This document shows, one piece after another, positions 11,352-21,166 of a DNA stretch of 64,000 nucleotides (within the stretch, counting starts at the first letter, position 1; every line of letters starts with the position of its first letter). Made by a program: the position numbers and the translations under genes. The notes under the pieces were generated by a model, which saw only the letters and a list, made by a program, of their open reading frames with translations, was not told the origin of the DNA and ran no database searches. This DNA is from a virus, in IMG/VR virus record IMGVR_UViG_3300021961_008157, one strand, 5' to 3'.

Positions 11352-12046
11352 AAAAAGTTTACATCTGTGGCGATAGTTTTGGAACTAACGATCCCGAATA
11401 CAGCAACAAATCTTGGGTTGATCAGTTAACTGCTCGTTTAAAAAATACCGCCACTGTTATAAACTTGAGTCGGGTGTGCGCTAGTAATTTGCACATAGCA
11501 CTACAAGTAGATCAAGCCATTGAGGACCAAGCTGATTTTATAATATATCTAGCAACTGCCAGCACACGAGAAATTGTAAAATTACGCTCGTTAAAACAAC
11601 ATAAAAAATTACTTGATCGTATAGTTGATATCACCAAGCCCGGACACACACCAGATTTAACATCATATTCATTTGGTAGCTTAGATGACACAACACTTTT
11701 CAACTCAGCACAACTGTTATTATTAAAACAATATCACGCAGAGTTTTTTGATATTGATGTTGAAGTTTACAAAAATCGTCTTATAATTGAAGCTGCACTA
11801 GAACATTTAGTTGATAGCCACATTCCATTTTTGTTTGACCGTGGCGGCTTTGAACATCCTAGTTTTTTAAATAGTACGCCCGTTGAGTATTTTAAAAAAT
11901 ATGCTAAATTTTTTAGTGAGATTAATTTGTGGGAGTGGGTTGTTAATCAGCCAATGACACACAGGCCCTACTATCACATTAAAGACATGCAAGTACATAC
12001 ACGTATTGCTGATTATTATTACAATATAATAATTTCTCAACTATGA
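11348..12046 (+). CDS. SGNH/GDSL hydrolase-like protein
   Basis: N-terminal ICGDSF block, ASN block, C-terminal His. Confidence 0.5.
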   Translation: MKKVYICGDSFGTNDPEYSNKSWVDQLTARLKNTATVINLSRVCASNLHIALQVDQAIEDQADFIIYLATASTREIVKLRSLKQHKKLLDRIVDITKPGHTPDLTSYSFGSLDDTTLFNSAQLLLLKQYHAEFFDIDVEVYKNRLIIEAALEHLVDSHIPFLFDRGGFEHPSFLNSTPVEYFKKYAKFFSEINLWEWVVNQPMTHRPYYHIKDMQVHTRIADYYYNIIISQL

Positions 12047-13335
12047 ACAAACCCGAAACACTTTGCATGGCGCCGTGGACGCACACGTATCTTAGCCCAC
12101 AAACAGAACGACGACTGTGTTGCGCCAGTCGCGAACCAGCACAAAGTTTTGAACAATATATTGATACAGCAGCGGGCAGCGGCAAATATCATCCAATCAC
12201 GCTAGAAGAACACTGGAACAGTGAACATATGCGCTCTGTGCGCCGCCGTATGATGGCAGGAGAAACGCTGCCTGAGTGTGATGTATGCAATAACAAACTG
12301 CTAAACACAGATGTTTACCGCAGCTATTTTTGGGCAATGTTCAAACATAAATATCCTAGCATTTGGGAGACCACGGATGTCGACGGTACGACAAGTATGC
12401 TACCAGTTAGCTGGGACTACAGGTTCAGCAACTTGTGCAACTTTAAATGCCGTATGTGTGGTGATATGTTGTCAAGCGCATGGGAAAGTGAGCAACGCCA
12501 ACATAATATGATTAACTGGCACGATCCAAAAAACAATTGGATGCGTCCCGACATACGTAAGGAGATAACGGCCTTCCAGGATCAGCAAATTGAAGCAGAA
12601 TTTGCGCAAGCTGTTGAGGAACACCGCGTAGAAGAAATATATTGGGTAGGTGGTGAGCCACTGATGTACGAGCAACACTGGCGCTATATGAAACGAGTTG
12701 TTGAACTTGGGGATGGTCCCAAAGTATATGCAAGATACAACACTAATCTATCTCGCGTTAATTATCGTGGTATTGATCTTTTTGATGGGATTATATGTCG
12801 CCTTCGTGATTGGCAAATCTGTGCAAGCCTTGACGGTACCGGACGAATTGGAGAATACGTTAGAACAGGTCTCGAATTCGATTCATGGCGCAAGAATTAT
12901 GATCGAGCAGTTGCAGCAAGCACTCATCGCCGCCAAGTCCGAATCGATTTTACTCTTACGCTGCCCGGAATGTTCGAAGTTGGGAACATTGTGCGACTCG
13001 CACAAGAAACTAACACAGATATCCTTGCCAAAGTAGTATTTGGATTTACGCCCGACATTGTAATGAGCCCGCTGGCGCTACCGCGGCATTTACTTGATCC
13101 GTGGGTGGATGAGTTGATAACTACATGTTCAGGTGCTATGCAAGATGTTTTGCTGCAACTAAAAAATCGCCCTACATTTGCAGAACAATGGCCTGACGAG
13201 TGGCGTGAAGGATTGGTTAAAGGCAAGCAGCGAATACTAACACTAGAACAAATACGCGAAGACAAGTTTACCATGGCTGACATATTGGCAGGCCGTCCCG
13301 AAATATTAGAATGGTGGAATCAAATTGACTGTTAA
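12043..13335 (+). CDS. radical SAM enzyme with twitch/SPASM-like domain
   Basis: CNFKCRMC, VGGEP, CMAPW...RLCC...CDVC. Confidence 0.9.
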   Translation: MNKPETLCMAPWTHTYLSPQTERRLCCASREPAQSFEQYIDTAAGSGKYHPITLEEHWNSEHMRSVRRRMMAGETLPECDVCNNKLLNTDVYRSYFWAMFKHKYPSIWETTDVDGTTSMLPVSWDYRFSNLCNFKCRMCGDMLSSAWESEQRQHNMINWHDPKNNWMRPDIRKEITAFQDQQIEAEFAQAVEEHRVEEIYWVGGEPLMYEQHWRYMKRVVELGDGPKVYARYNTNLSRVNYRGIDLFDGIICRLRDWQICASLDGTGRIGEYVRTGLEFDSWRKNYDRAVAASTHRRQVRIDFTLTLPGMFEVGNIVRLAQETNTDILAKVVFGFTPDIVMSPLALPRHLLDPWVDELITTCSGAMQDVLLQLKNRPTFAEQWPDEWREGLVKGKQRILTLEQIREDKFTMADILAGRPEILEWWNQIDC

Positions 13336-14425
13336 AGTTGTACTGCGCAATCCGTTAAAACACTCGGATCAAGTTGACTATACAATAGAGGCTGCTGACA
13401 ATGCGTTAGTGCGCGACTGGATTCCAGCATTAAAAACTCTGCTGCAATCGGGTAACTCGCTTGAGAAAAACTTTTGTTTTATGGGTTTTCCAAAAACAGC
13501 ACGTACACTTGAATACTTGTGCGATCAAGTAAATCAAGCGTCAGCAACAATAAACAACTATTTTGATGATTATTCCATTGAAGAAATATTTAGGCCCAGC
13601 ACCGTTACAACAAAAAATACTTCTCCCGACTATCCTAACATTATACAATATAAGCCTAATCACAATGTATTAAATCAATTACACAATCACTTTGAAGTGC
13701 TACAAGGTACAGTTGGGAATTTAAGCAGTTTCTATCATCGTGCTGACTATGAAACCAAATATGCCATACGACAGTTGAATAATATCTGCCACGAAATGGA
13801 ATCGTTAATTCTTAGCCAACATAAATTAGCAACTGCTCCTTACTGGGTTCGTCCCAGTCAAATCACTACATTTCTAGCGGCGCCGCGATATGAGTTAAAA
13901 GATGAACACAGAGAAGGATTTGCAACAAATGGTTATGATCGTGTATTGGGTGGCGTATATATGCATTGGGCTCAGATAGGCAAAACATTATTTGAAGTAT
14001 TTCGTGATGAAGGTGCACCTGTTTTAACAGATACTGTTTGCGAAGCTATTACTGAACTAAAGTACTACAGTGGCGAATTTGACATTGAATGGGGCAATGA
14101 TGTGGTGTATGGTGGTAATAGAGAATGGCATAACAAAGAACAAGATCAGTTCCGCCAATGGTTAACAGCCAATGGGCACGATCCCACTAATACCAAACTG
14201 AGTTTAGGGTATTTGCCAATTGGGCAGGTATTATTACAAGAAAGTTTCGGCACAACCGACCATCAAGCAATTTGGGACATACTCAGCTCACACTTAGATA
14301 TATACAAGATTGAAGTTGGCGGTGTTACAGGTACGTTTGACTATTGCTGGACAGATTCTGATTATAAGCAACGTCAGATTAACATGATGCGCCCGGGTTA
14401 CGATTACAAAGGAAGTATAACATGA
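13325..14425 (+). CDS. hypothetical protein (His/Glu-rich helical motifs)
   Basis: Long ORF in operon; LNQLHNHFE and LNNICHEME motifs suggest metal binding. Confidence 0.6.
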   Translation: MTVKVVLRNPLKHSDQVDYTIEAADNALVRDWIPALKTLLQSGNSLEKNFCFMGFPKTARTLEYLCDQVNQASATINNYFDDYSIEEIFRPSTVTTKNTSPDYPNIIQYKPNHNVLNQLHNHFEVLQGTVGNLSSFYHRADYETKYAIRQLNNICHEMESLILSQHKLATAPYWVRPSQITTFLAAPRYELKDEHREGFATNGYDRVLGGVYMHWAQIGKTLFEVFRDEGAPVLTDTVCEAITELKYYSGEFDIEWGNDVVYGGNREWHNKEQDQFRQWLTANGHDPTNTKLSLGYLPIGQVLLQESFGTTDHQAIWDILSSHLDIYKIEVGGVTGTFDYCWTDSDYKQRQINMMRPGYDYKGSIT

Positions 14426-14523
14426 ACTGGATTAAAAATTTGATCAACCGTATTCGTTTAGAAATACGCTATCGTAAAAAACTTAAAGAATTGAGACGTA
14501 GAGACCCTTTCATATATAAATGA
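14422..14523 (+). CDS. 33-aa basic micro-protein ending DPFIYK (not in ORF track)
   Basis: MNWIKNLINRIRLEIRYRKKLKELRRRDPFIYK; ATGA overlaps with both neighbours. Confidence 0.7.
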   Translation: MNWIKNLINRIRLEIRYRKKLKELRRRDPFIYK

Positions 14524-16034
14524 AATTGAAAAAGTATTTGGGCATCAGTGCGGGATTTCACGATGCTTGTGTCAGCTTGATTGACAGCAGCGGCAATGTG
14601 CTGTTTGCTGGCCATGCTGAGCGTTACAGCAAGCGTAAGAATGACGCACACTTGAACGATCAACTTATAGCAGCGGCGTTGGATCGTGGTGTGCCTGATC
14701 ACGTGGCATATTATGAACGCCCATGGTTTAAGAAAATACAACAACTTTATTCGGGACAATATCATGAAGCATTCGATACTGGCGCTTTTACTCTTAGTCA
14801 GTATCTGCGCAAACATCTATCTCCTGGACCAGAACTCAATGCTTTACTCAACGCTCAACACAGCTATCACAATCATCATCAAAGTCACGCAGCCGCAGGA
14901 TTCCAAACCAGTCCATTTAACCGAGCCACCGTGGTTGTAATAGATGCTATCGGCGAGTTAGATACCATTTCTATTTGGGGCGCGGAATACGATCGCAAAG
15001 GACAAGCAGTATATAAACGTCTTTGGGTGCAGCGTTATCCTCACTCAATTGGACTATTTTATTCAGCTATTACAAAAAGATTAGGACTGCATCCCCTTGA
15101 TGAAGAATACATTACAATGGGCATGGCTGCTTATGGTAGGCCCGCTTGGGAAGATAACTTAAAGCATTTGTTAGTTGAGCATGAATGGGACGCTGAGTTT
15201 AAAGAAAACTTGCATCTAGGTCTGCCTGAAAAATTTCTTGAACATGCAGACGACTACGACATTGCTGCCAGCGCCCAGGCCTTGTGCGAAAACTTAATTT
15301 ACAACATCATGCGCCGTGCCCAAGACTTTGGCTGGAGCAACAACTTGGTATATATGGGTGGCGTAGCACTAAACTGTAGCGCCAATAGAAACTTAGGTTA
15401 TTATTTTAAAAACATCTGGATCATGCCCAATCCCGGTGATGGAGGTAGCAGTTTAGGTGCAGCCGCATTGGCATATGGGCGGCAGCTCTACTGGAAGGAT
15501 GCTTTTCTCGGCGATAATATCGGCGGATCTTATCCCACCAATGCTATACTTGACCGTTTGCTAACTGATCGTATTGTAGGCGTAGCTTCGGGTCGTGCTG
15601 AGTTCGGTCCCCGCGCACTGGGCAATCGTAGTTTACTGGCTGATCCTCGCGGCAACGATATAAAAGATCGTGTAAATGAAATCAAGCGGCGCCAAAAGTT
15701 TAGACCCTTCGCTCCAGTTATACTAGAAGAACTGGCCGACAAGTATTTTGACATGCCCCCGGGCTTTGGTACAAGTAGATACATGCAGACAGTGGCCGCA
15801 TGCCGCATGCCTGATCTTTATCCGGCTATAACACACGCCGACGGCACTAGCCGTGTACAAACTGTACCCAAAGACGAAAGTGGAATTCGTGAGTTATTAG
15901 AAAAATGGTATGTGTTGACTGACTGCCCTATGTTACTCAACACTAGTTTAAACATACGCGGTGAACCAGTAGTGAACGACCGTGGTGATGCCGATCGCTT
16001 TGAACAATTATACAACGTTAAGGTTTGTAGTTAG
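14520..16034 (+). CDS. O-carbamoyltransferase (CmcH/NodU/TobZ family)
   Basis: FHDA, HHQSHAA, IDAIGE, GGVALNC, EFGPRALGNRS, FRPFAP, LNTSLN. Confidence 0.92.
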   Translation: MKLKKYLGISAGFHDACVSLIDSSGNVLFAGHAERYSKRKNDAHLNDQLIAAALDRGVPDHVAYYERPWFKKIQQLYSGQYHEAFDTGAFTLSQYLRKHLSPGPELNALLNAQHSYHNHHQSHAAAGFQTSPFNRATVVVIDAIGELDTISIWGAEYDRKGQAVYKRLWVQRYPHSIGLFYSAITKRLGLHPLDEEYITMGMAAYGRPAWEDNLKHLLVEHEWDAEFKENLHLGLPEKFLEHADDYDIAASAQALCENLIYNIMRRAQDFGWSNNLVYMGGVALNCSANRNLGYYFKNIWIMPNPGDGGSSLGAAALAYGRQLYWKDAFLGDNIGGSYPTNAILDRLLTDRIVGVASGRAEFGPRALGNRSLLADPRGNDIKDRVNEIKRRQKFRPFAPVILEELADKYFDMPPGFGTSRYMQTVAACRMPDLYPAITHADGTSRVQTVPKDESGIRELLEKWYVLTDCPMLLNTSLNIRGEPVVNDRGDADRFEQLYNVKVCS

Positions 16035-17050
16035 AGATAAGTTTCAAGTCCACCACGCCGTGTTAGATCCTGGGTACAACAGCTAATACCACCATCCCAG
16101 AAATAACTATGGCGGAGTTCACATATGATAGGATTAATGCGATGACGTTTACAGTAGTCAAACACATCTCTATTGTAAGCAGAAAAGATTACATTTTCTT
16201 CATCTAATACCAAACAGTTAACATCAAAAACTGTTTCAGCAACAAAGCCAGTCCATTTGTTTAGATAAGTGTTAACAAAGTCAGTGAACTCGGGTGTAGG
16301 TGTCTGTCCCTGTACATACCATGCTCCGGGGCTTTGCTCGTACTTAAACTTGCCCACTTCCATAGCAGCCCATATGCTACTATCCCAAATCTTTAACACT
16401 TCCCATCCAGGAAAGTCTTGGGCAAGATTAAGATTAAAATCGTGTTTGCTTGACAATAACACACCGGGTTTAAGAATGGCAAATACAGCATCGCCGTGGC
16501 CGTCGGTAACAGCTTCGTGAATACGATATTCAGAGCTTAAACAATTTTCTACAATCCATTTTGTTTGTTCAGGTTTTAGAAAATCACTGTTGTCAAAAAA
16601 AACGTCGCGGCCCACACGCACTATACAACTAGCCGATGCACCATTTAATATACAATTTGAATCCCACGTTGCGCCGTGTGGATTAATCACCTGACTAGCA
16701 TATTCAGCACAAATTTCATTTAATTCTGTCATTGGTAGCACACGCAGTAATTTTTGTCCCAGCGTTATTTGCCAATCGCGTGGTGTCAAAGGCGGTAACG
16801 GAACACCATTGCCACGTGTTTGTTGATTTTGAAACTCATGTATATCAGGAAGATTAGGGCGCCTAACACGGGCACCATAAGTTTCGATGGTTTTTTGTAA
16901 GTTGTTTAAATCCTCTTCAGTTTCGGCCAGTATCTGTTGCAGTTGATTACGCACCTGGGAGTTATCAATGAAATCAAAGTAATCGGGACTATAAGCACGA
17001 CCCACAATTACTTCTTCAAGAGGCTGCCAACTGGTGTAGGAATTAATCAT
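16031..17050 (-). CDS. amidinotransferase (glycine/inosamine-phosphate amidinotransferase family)
   Basis: SWQPLEEVIVG, PRD, HGD, FDVNCLVL, DGGISCCTQDL with catalytic Cys. Confidence 0.85.
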   Translation of the reverse strand: MINSYTSWQPLEEVIVGRAYSPDYFDFIDNSQVRNQLQQILAETEEDLNNLQKTIETYGARVRRPNLPDIHEFQNQQTRGNGVPLPPLTPRDWQITLGQKLLRVLPMTELNEICAEYASQVINPHGATWDSNCILNGASASCIVRVGRDVFFDNSDFLKPEQTKWIVENCLSSEYRIHEAVTDGHGDAVFAILKPGVLLSSKHDFNLNLAQDFPGWEVLKIWDSSIWAAMEVGKFKYEQSPGAWYVQGQTPTPEFTDFVNTYLNKWTGFVAETVFDVNCLVLDEENVIFSAYNRDVFDYCKRHRINPIICELRHSYFWDGGISCCTQDLTRRGGLETYL

Positions 17051-18242
17051 TGCGTAATCTTTCTAATAGGGTATTTAATCTGCTGCTTTTGCTGCCTAAA
17101 AATAATTGTTGATTGTGCTCAATGTCCTTGCGGCAAGACTCAAACCATGTGTGTAAATTTTGCGATTGTATTTTGGCTATTGCGGCCTTAACTGCAAGCC
17201 ATCGCTGTGTATTATCCGTTATTGTATCATAACTGTTATCTATAGCGTGATCAAATGTTCGATAACCGAGATTTCTTAGTGCTGCCAACGATCCCGGGCA
17301 TCCAACAATAACAAGCGGTTGCCCGTGCTTGACTGGTTTAAATGTTTTTTCAGTAAGAAATGCGCCGCCCGAACCGTCGGCATCAAAGTGTGTTTCGAGT
17401 ACAATGTTGCAATATGAGTCAGTGTAGTGTGAAGTTTCGGTAAGGTGATGATTGTTTTGTTGCTCAATGGTAAACTCGTCGCAAGTGTAAGGACCGTTGC
17501 TTAAAAAATCTGCAATGTCAGACCGTATGTCTAATGTGTCTACTTCAATTGGATTGTCTGTTTCGTGCTCATTTAACGCCACATCAGTTCCATAACTCCA
17601 TAGGCAGTTATCTAACAAGCCTGCCCGGCGTAAATCAGTCATTACAGTTGCCCGCCACCACTTATGCGTTCTGCTTAATACAGTAAAATTGTAGGGACGG
17701 GAATTGCTATGTATCTGTGTTGGTTCTGTTTGCTGATTACGATGCCAATAAAGCAGTTCGTGGTCGGGAAAATATATAAAATTTTCAATAGCATCAGCTT
17801 GCGTGTTGCCACTAATAAACTTGTAACAGTTGGGAGGTAAATTGTTTAAATCACACAAATGGTCAAGACGCTGTTTAATCTTATCGGGATTGTCGCCTTC
17901 GTGATAGTAAAATAACGCACGTATTCGCCCTGACTGTAGGCCAAAGAATACATCATCGTTTAGCAGCGCAAAATAATCAACATCAAAGTTAAAAAACCCA
18001 ATCCCTATCCCATAGTAAGAGCCGCGCGGATAGTTGTTGTCGTTCAAATCATACAAGCGATAGGGTATGCTGTGGGTGTTGAGATGTTCATACAATTCCA
18101 TAGGAACTGTATTAGGCCAATGCTGAACAAATTGACGCCATTTGTGTGTATAAGGTTGCGCAGTCCAGCGTGCTAGTGCTGGATAAGCCTTGCCTTGGAT
18201 GATGTTGTCAGATACAAAATTAATATTTGAGTAGTCCATCAA
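17043..18242 (-). CDS. GT-B-like protein, paralog 3
   Basis: NIVLET...TEKTFKP...QPLV..G..GYRTF..IDNSYD. Confidence 0.5.
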   Translation of the reverse strand: MMDYSNINFVSDNIIQGKAYPALARWTAQPYTHKWRQFVQHWPNTVPMELYEHLNTHSIPYRLYDLNDNNYPRGSYYGIGIGFFNFDVDYFALLNDDVFFGLQSGRIRALFYYHEGDNPDKIKQRLDHLCDLNNLPPNCYKFISGNTQADAIENFIYFPDHELLYWHRNQQTEPTQIHSNSRPYNFTVLSRTHKWWRATVMTDLRRAGLLDNCLWSYGTDVALNEHETDNPIEVDTLDIRSDIADFLSNGPYTCDEFTIEQQNNHHLTETSHYTDSYCNIVLETHFDADGSGGAFLTEKTFKPVKHGQPLVIVGCPGSLAALRNLGYRTFDHAIDNSYDTITDNTQRWLAVKAAIAKIQSQNLHTWFESCRKDIEHNQQLFLGSKSSRLNTLLERLRND

Positions 18243-19338
18243 GCATTTTGGTTAATTCTAACCATAGTGTATGAGTAAGCCCACCGTTGTAAAAATGTCT
18301 ATAGTTGTGTTCTACAGCGGGCAAACAGGCACGATGTATTTCCAACCTTTCACGATGGCTTAAATTATCTAAATCTTTAAGTAAATCGGTTACACGCTCA
18401 AGGCGGCGTATATCATCAGTTTCTTCATCATAACTTTCATCAAACACATCGCCAAATGTTTTAAAACCATAACTCCGCATGTATTCTAAGCTGTGCGCCG
18501 GTGCCACTAAAACAAATGGCATTTCTAGAGCAATAGCCTTAAATGTTTTTTCTGTTATGTGAGTTCTGCGGCCAAAATATAAAGTTTCTGTAGGAACATA
18601 TACCAAACTGTCTTCTGCTTCCCTAAAATTAGTAAGCCAACAACTGGTCATCTGCTGTGTTTCTTCGCCAGCAAATAATCTTGGCAAATCAGCTTGCTCA
18701 AGAACTTGCGAAATATCAGAATATGTGTTACAATACTTTTGTGCTATTGTACCGATATCTACTTGCTCATAAGAACAAACACGCGGCGCACTAATATGAT
18801 TATTTTCTAAATTCTTTTTGAATACGTTATATAAAAACAATACGCGATGATCACGTTTACCACCAACAATGCGATTTGGGCTCATAAAAGTTTTTGTAGG
18901 GGTTCGTTCTCGCGCTCGAGGTATTAAAAATGTTCTATCATAGCCACGAAACCAATCTTGACAAGCCCAACCGTGATAAAAGTAATAGTGACTGCGCCAA
19001 CCGTATTTTTCACATAAGCGTTCAACGTATTCGCCCTTTTCACTTACAATAATGTTACCAGGAAAAAGAATTTCCGTTCCGGGTCCTTTTGGTTGTTGAG
19101 TATCTAAATTTCTTCTTATTACATCATCAAATAATGGCTTATATTCATCAATCCAGCAAGGTTCCTGATCGTGCATGAATACATAATCATTTTCTACAAT
19201 GACATCACTGCCCAAGTTAAATAGTGCATCGGGACTGGTATTGCCCGGTGGATCACAATAAAACAATCGAGTGCCTGGTTTATTTTTTTCAAGCCACGGC
19301 CAAAAGGTATTATTATAAATCTCGTCTATTCTAATCAT
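18220..19338 (-). CDS. GT-B-like protein, paralog 4
   Basis: VPTET...TEKTFKA...MPFV...GFKTF..FDESYD. Confidence 0.5.
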   Translation of the reverse strand: MIRIDEIYNNTFWPWLEKNKPGTRLFYCDPPGNTSPDALFNLGSDVIVENDYVFMHDQEPCWIDEYKPLFDDVIRRNLDTQQPKGPGTEILFPGNIIVSEKGEYVERLCEKYGWRSHYYFYHGWACQDWFRGYDRTFLIPRARERTPTKTFMSPNRIVGGKRDHRVLFLYNVFKKNLENNHISAPRVCSYEQVDIGTIAQKYCNTYSDISQVLEQADLPRLFAGEETQQMTSCWLTNFREAEDSLVYVPTETLYFGRRTHITEKTFKAIALEMPFVLVAPAHSLEYMRSYGFKTFGDVFDESYDEETDDIRRLERVTDLLKDLDNLSHRERLEIHRACLPAVEHNYRHFYNGGLTHTLWLELTKMLDGLLKY

Positions 19339-21166
19339 GTTTGATGTATTTTACACAGGTGTTAAACCCAATTTGTTTGCTCATGAACAGGCAGTAGATT
19401 CTATTGAAGAAGCACAAGAGCTTAGTCGCACTCGTTTCTTTTGGTTTGTCAATTACTTATCTGATTATAGCGGCTTTGATTTTCTTTGGGAACCCAAACC
19501 TTGGGAGGCGCATCAGCGCCATGCCTGGCCAAGCCAATGGCAAAAAGATAGCGGTACCTATCTAGTACCTAAACAAGGGTATAGCGAAACCAACTATAGG
19601 GGCGACTGTGCAATTAAACGTTTGCCCGATACGTCTAATTGGTTTGTTCCCGATACATTTGATGGAAGCAGTTTTGATTTTTCTTGGCATCCGGATCCCA
19701 CCGAGCCTGGCTACATATATCAATTTGGTACACAACATCAACGCACAGGCGGCCCCCAGTATATTGTAAACGGTGCTTCTGACTTAAAATTCTGTGACCA
19801 AATTAAGGGTAGTGTTAAATCTGGAGTAACCCCCATTATTGAAATAAATCATATGGATGGTAATGCTGGACTTGTACCAGGTGTAATATCTACTGTACGT
19901 TATTTTGACAACTATAAAGACACACTATCTAGAATTGCAAATACAGTAGAGCACGAATACATTTGGATTGTTAGTAGTGTATGTGATTACACTAATTTTG
20001 ATTTTTCCTGGCACCCAGAATTATGGCAAAACACCATGCTGCATGTGTTTGCCAGCTCTGGTGAAAAATTTGGTGACACATTTTATATGCATGTGCCAAG
20101 TTTTAAAAATCGCATAAAACAGTTTGACTTGCTAGACTGGTATGATTTAAATTTTATCAACACATCAGTTCCGCGCAGGCCACTGCCTATTGTGCGGCAC
20201 ACCAGTGACAGCCAAGCTGAACCCGTTAAAAATGAATCTTGGCTCGGTCCGTTGGCAGTATTTGCTGCCCACGATCAACCAGTTAACTCAGTTCCGTGCG
20301 TACCACTGTGGCGTGAAAAAACCAAAACAATTGTTCCTTTAGATGCCAGTGGATCGACTGTTGTTGTTCCTCGAGTGGCCATTCCATATATTAAAACACA
20401 GTTGTATGATTATCCTTACATAGACAAAACTAAACGAAATATGTGCAGTGACGAACCACTGGACATTGTGTTCATTAGCAACGGTGAGCCAGTGGCCGAC
20501 CAAACATTTACACATTTACAAAATGTTGCTGCTGACTTGTTTAATAAGAAAAAAATACATCATGTTGATCGTGTAAACGGCCGTGCTGCTGCCTATCATG
20601 CTGCTGCACAGGCCAGCACCACACCGTGGTTTTTTGCTGTATTTGCCAAGTTATTTGTAAATGAAAGTTTTGATTGGTCCTGGCAGCCTGATCGCATGCA
20701 ACAACCCAAGCATTACATTTTTCATGCGCTAAATCCAGTTAACGGACTTGAGTATGGACATCAAGCAATGATTGCTTATAATAAACAATTGGTATTAAAC
20801 AATCCCGGACATGGACTGGACTTTACACTTGACGATGCGCACGAAGTTGTACCAATACTTTCAGGTACTGCTGTGTACAATATGTCGCCGTGGGTAGCGT
20901 GGCGTACTGCATTCCGCGAAGCAATTAAACTAAAAAGCAGTTTGCCCGATATTGACAGTGAGTATAGACTGACGCAATGGTTAAGCACCAATCCTGGAAG
21001 TCAGCATATATTAAATGAGGAATGGAGTCGTTGGGGTGCCGAAGACGCTGTTGACTATTACGACCAGGTTAACGGGGATTTTAGGGCACTTAAAAAGAGC
21101 TACGAGTGGGACTGGCTCTCGTCTTACGCTTTTATGAAAAGAAGTTTAACACCCGATCAGCAATAA
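19337..21166 (+). CDS. multi-repeat glycosyltransferase-like protein
   Basis: Four FDF/WxWxP repeats; C-terminal domain resembles 1865..2791 (AWRTAFRE vs AWRAGFRE). Confidence 0.5.
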   Translation: MFDVFYTGVKPNLFAHEQAVDSIEEAQELSRTRFFWFVNYLSDYSGFDFLWEPKPWEAHQRHAWPSQWQKDSGTYLVPKQGYSETNYRGDCAIKRLPDTSNWFVPDTFDGSSFDFSWHPDPTEPGYIYQFGTQHQRTGGPQYIVNGASDLKFCDQIKGSVKSGVTPIIEINHMDGNAGLVPGVISTVRYFDNYKDTLSRIANTVEHEYIWIVSSVCDYTNFDFSWHPELWQNTMLHVFASSGEKFGDTFYMHVPSFKNRIKQFDLLDWYDLNFINTSVPRRPLPIVRHTSDSQAEPVKNESWLGPLAVFAAHDQPVNSVPCVPLWREKTKTIVPLDASGSTVVVPRVAIPYIKTQLYDYPYIDKTKRNMCSDEPLDIVFISNGEPVADQTFTHLQNVAADLFNKKKIHHVDRVNGRAAAYHAAAQASTTPWFFAVFAKLFVNESFDWSWQPDRMQQPKHYIFHALNPVNGLEYGHQAMIAYNKQLVLNNPGHGLDFTLDDAHEVVPILSGTAVYNMSPWVAWRTAFREAIKLKSSLPDIDSEYRLTQWLSTNPGSQHILNEEWSRWGAEDAVDYYDQVNGDFRALKKSYEWDWLSSYAFMKRSLTPDQQ

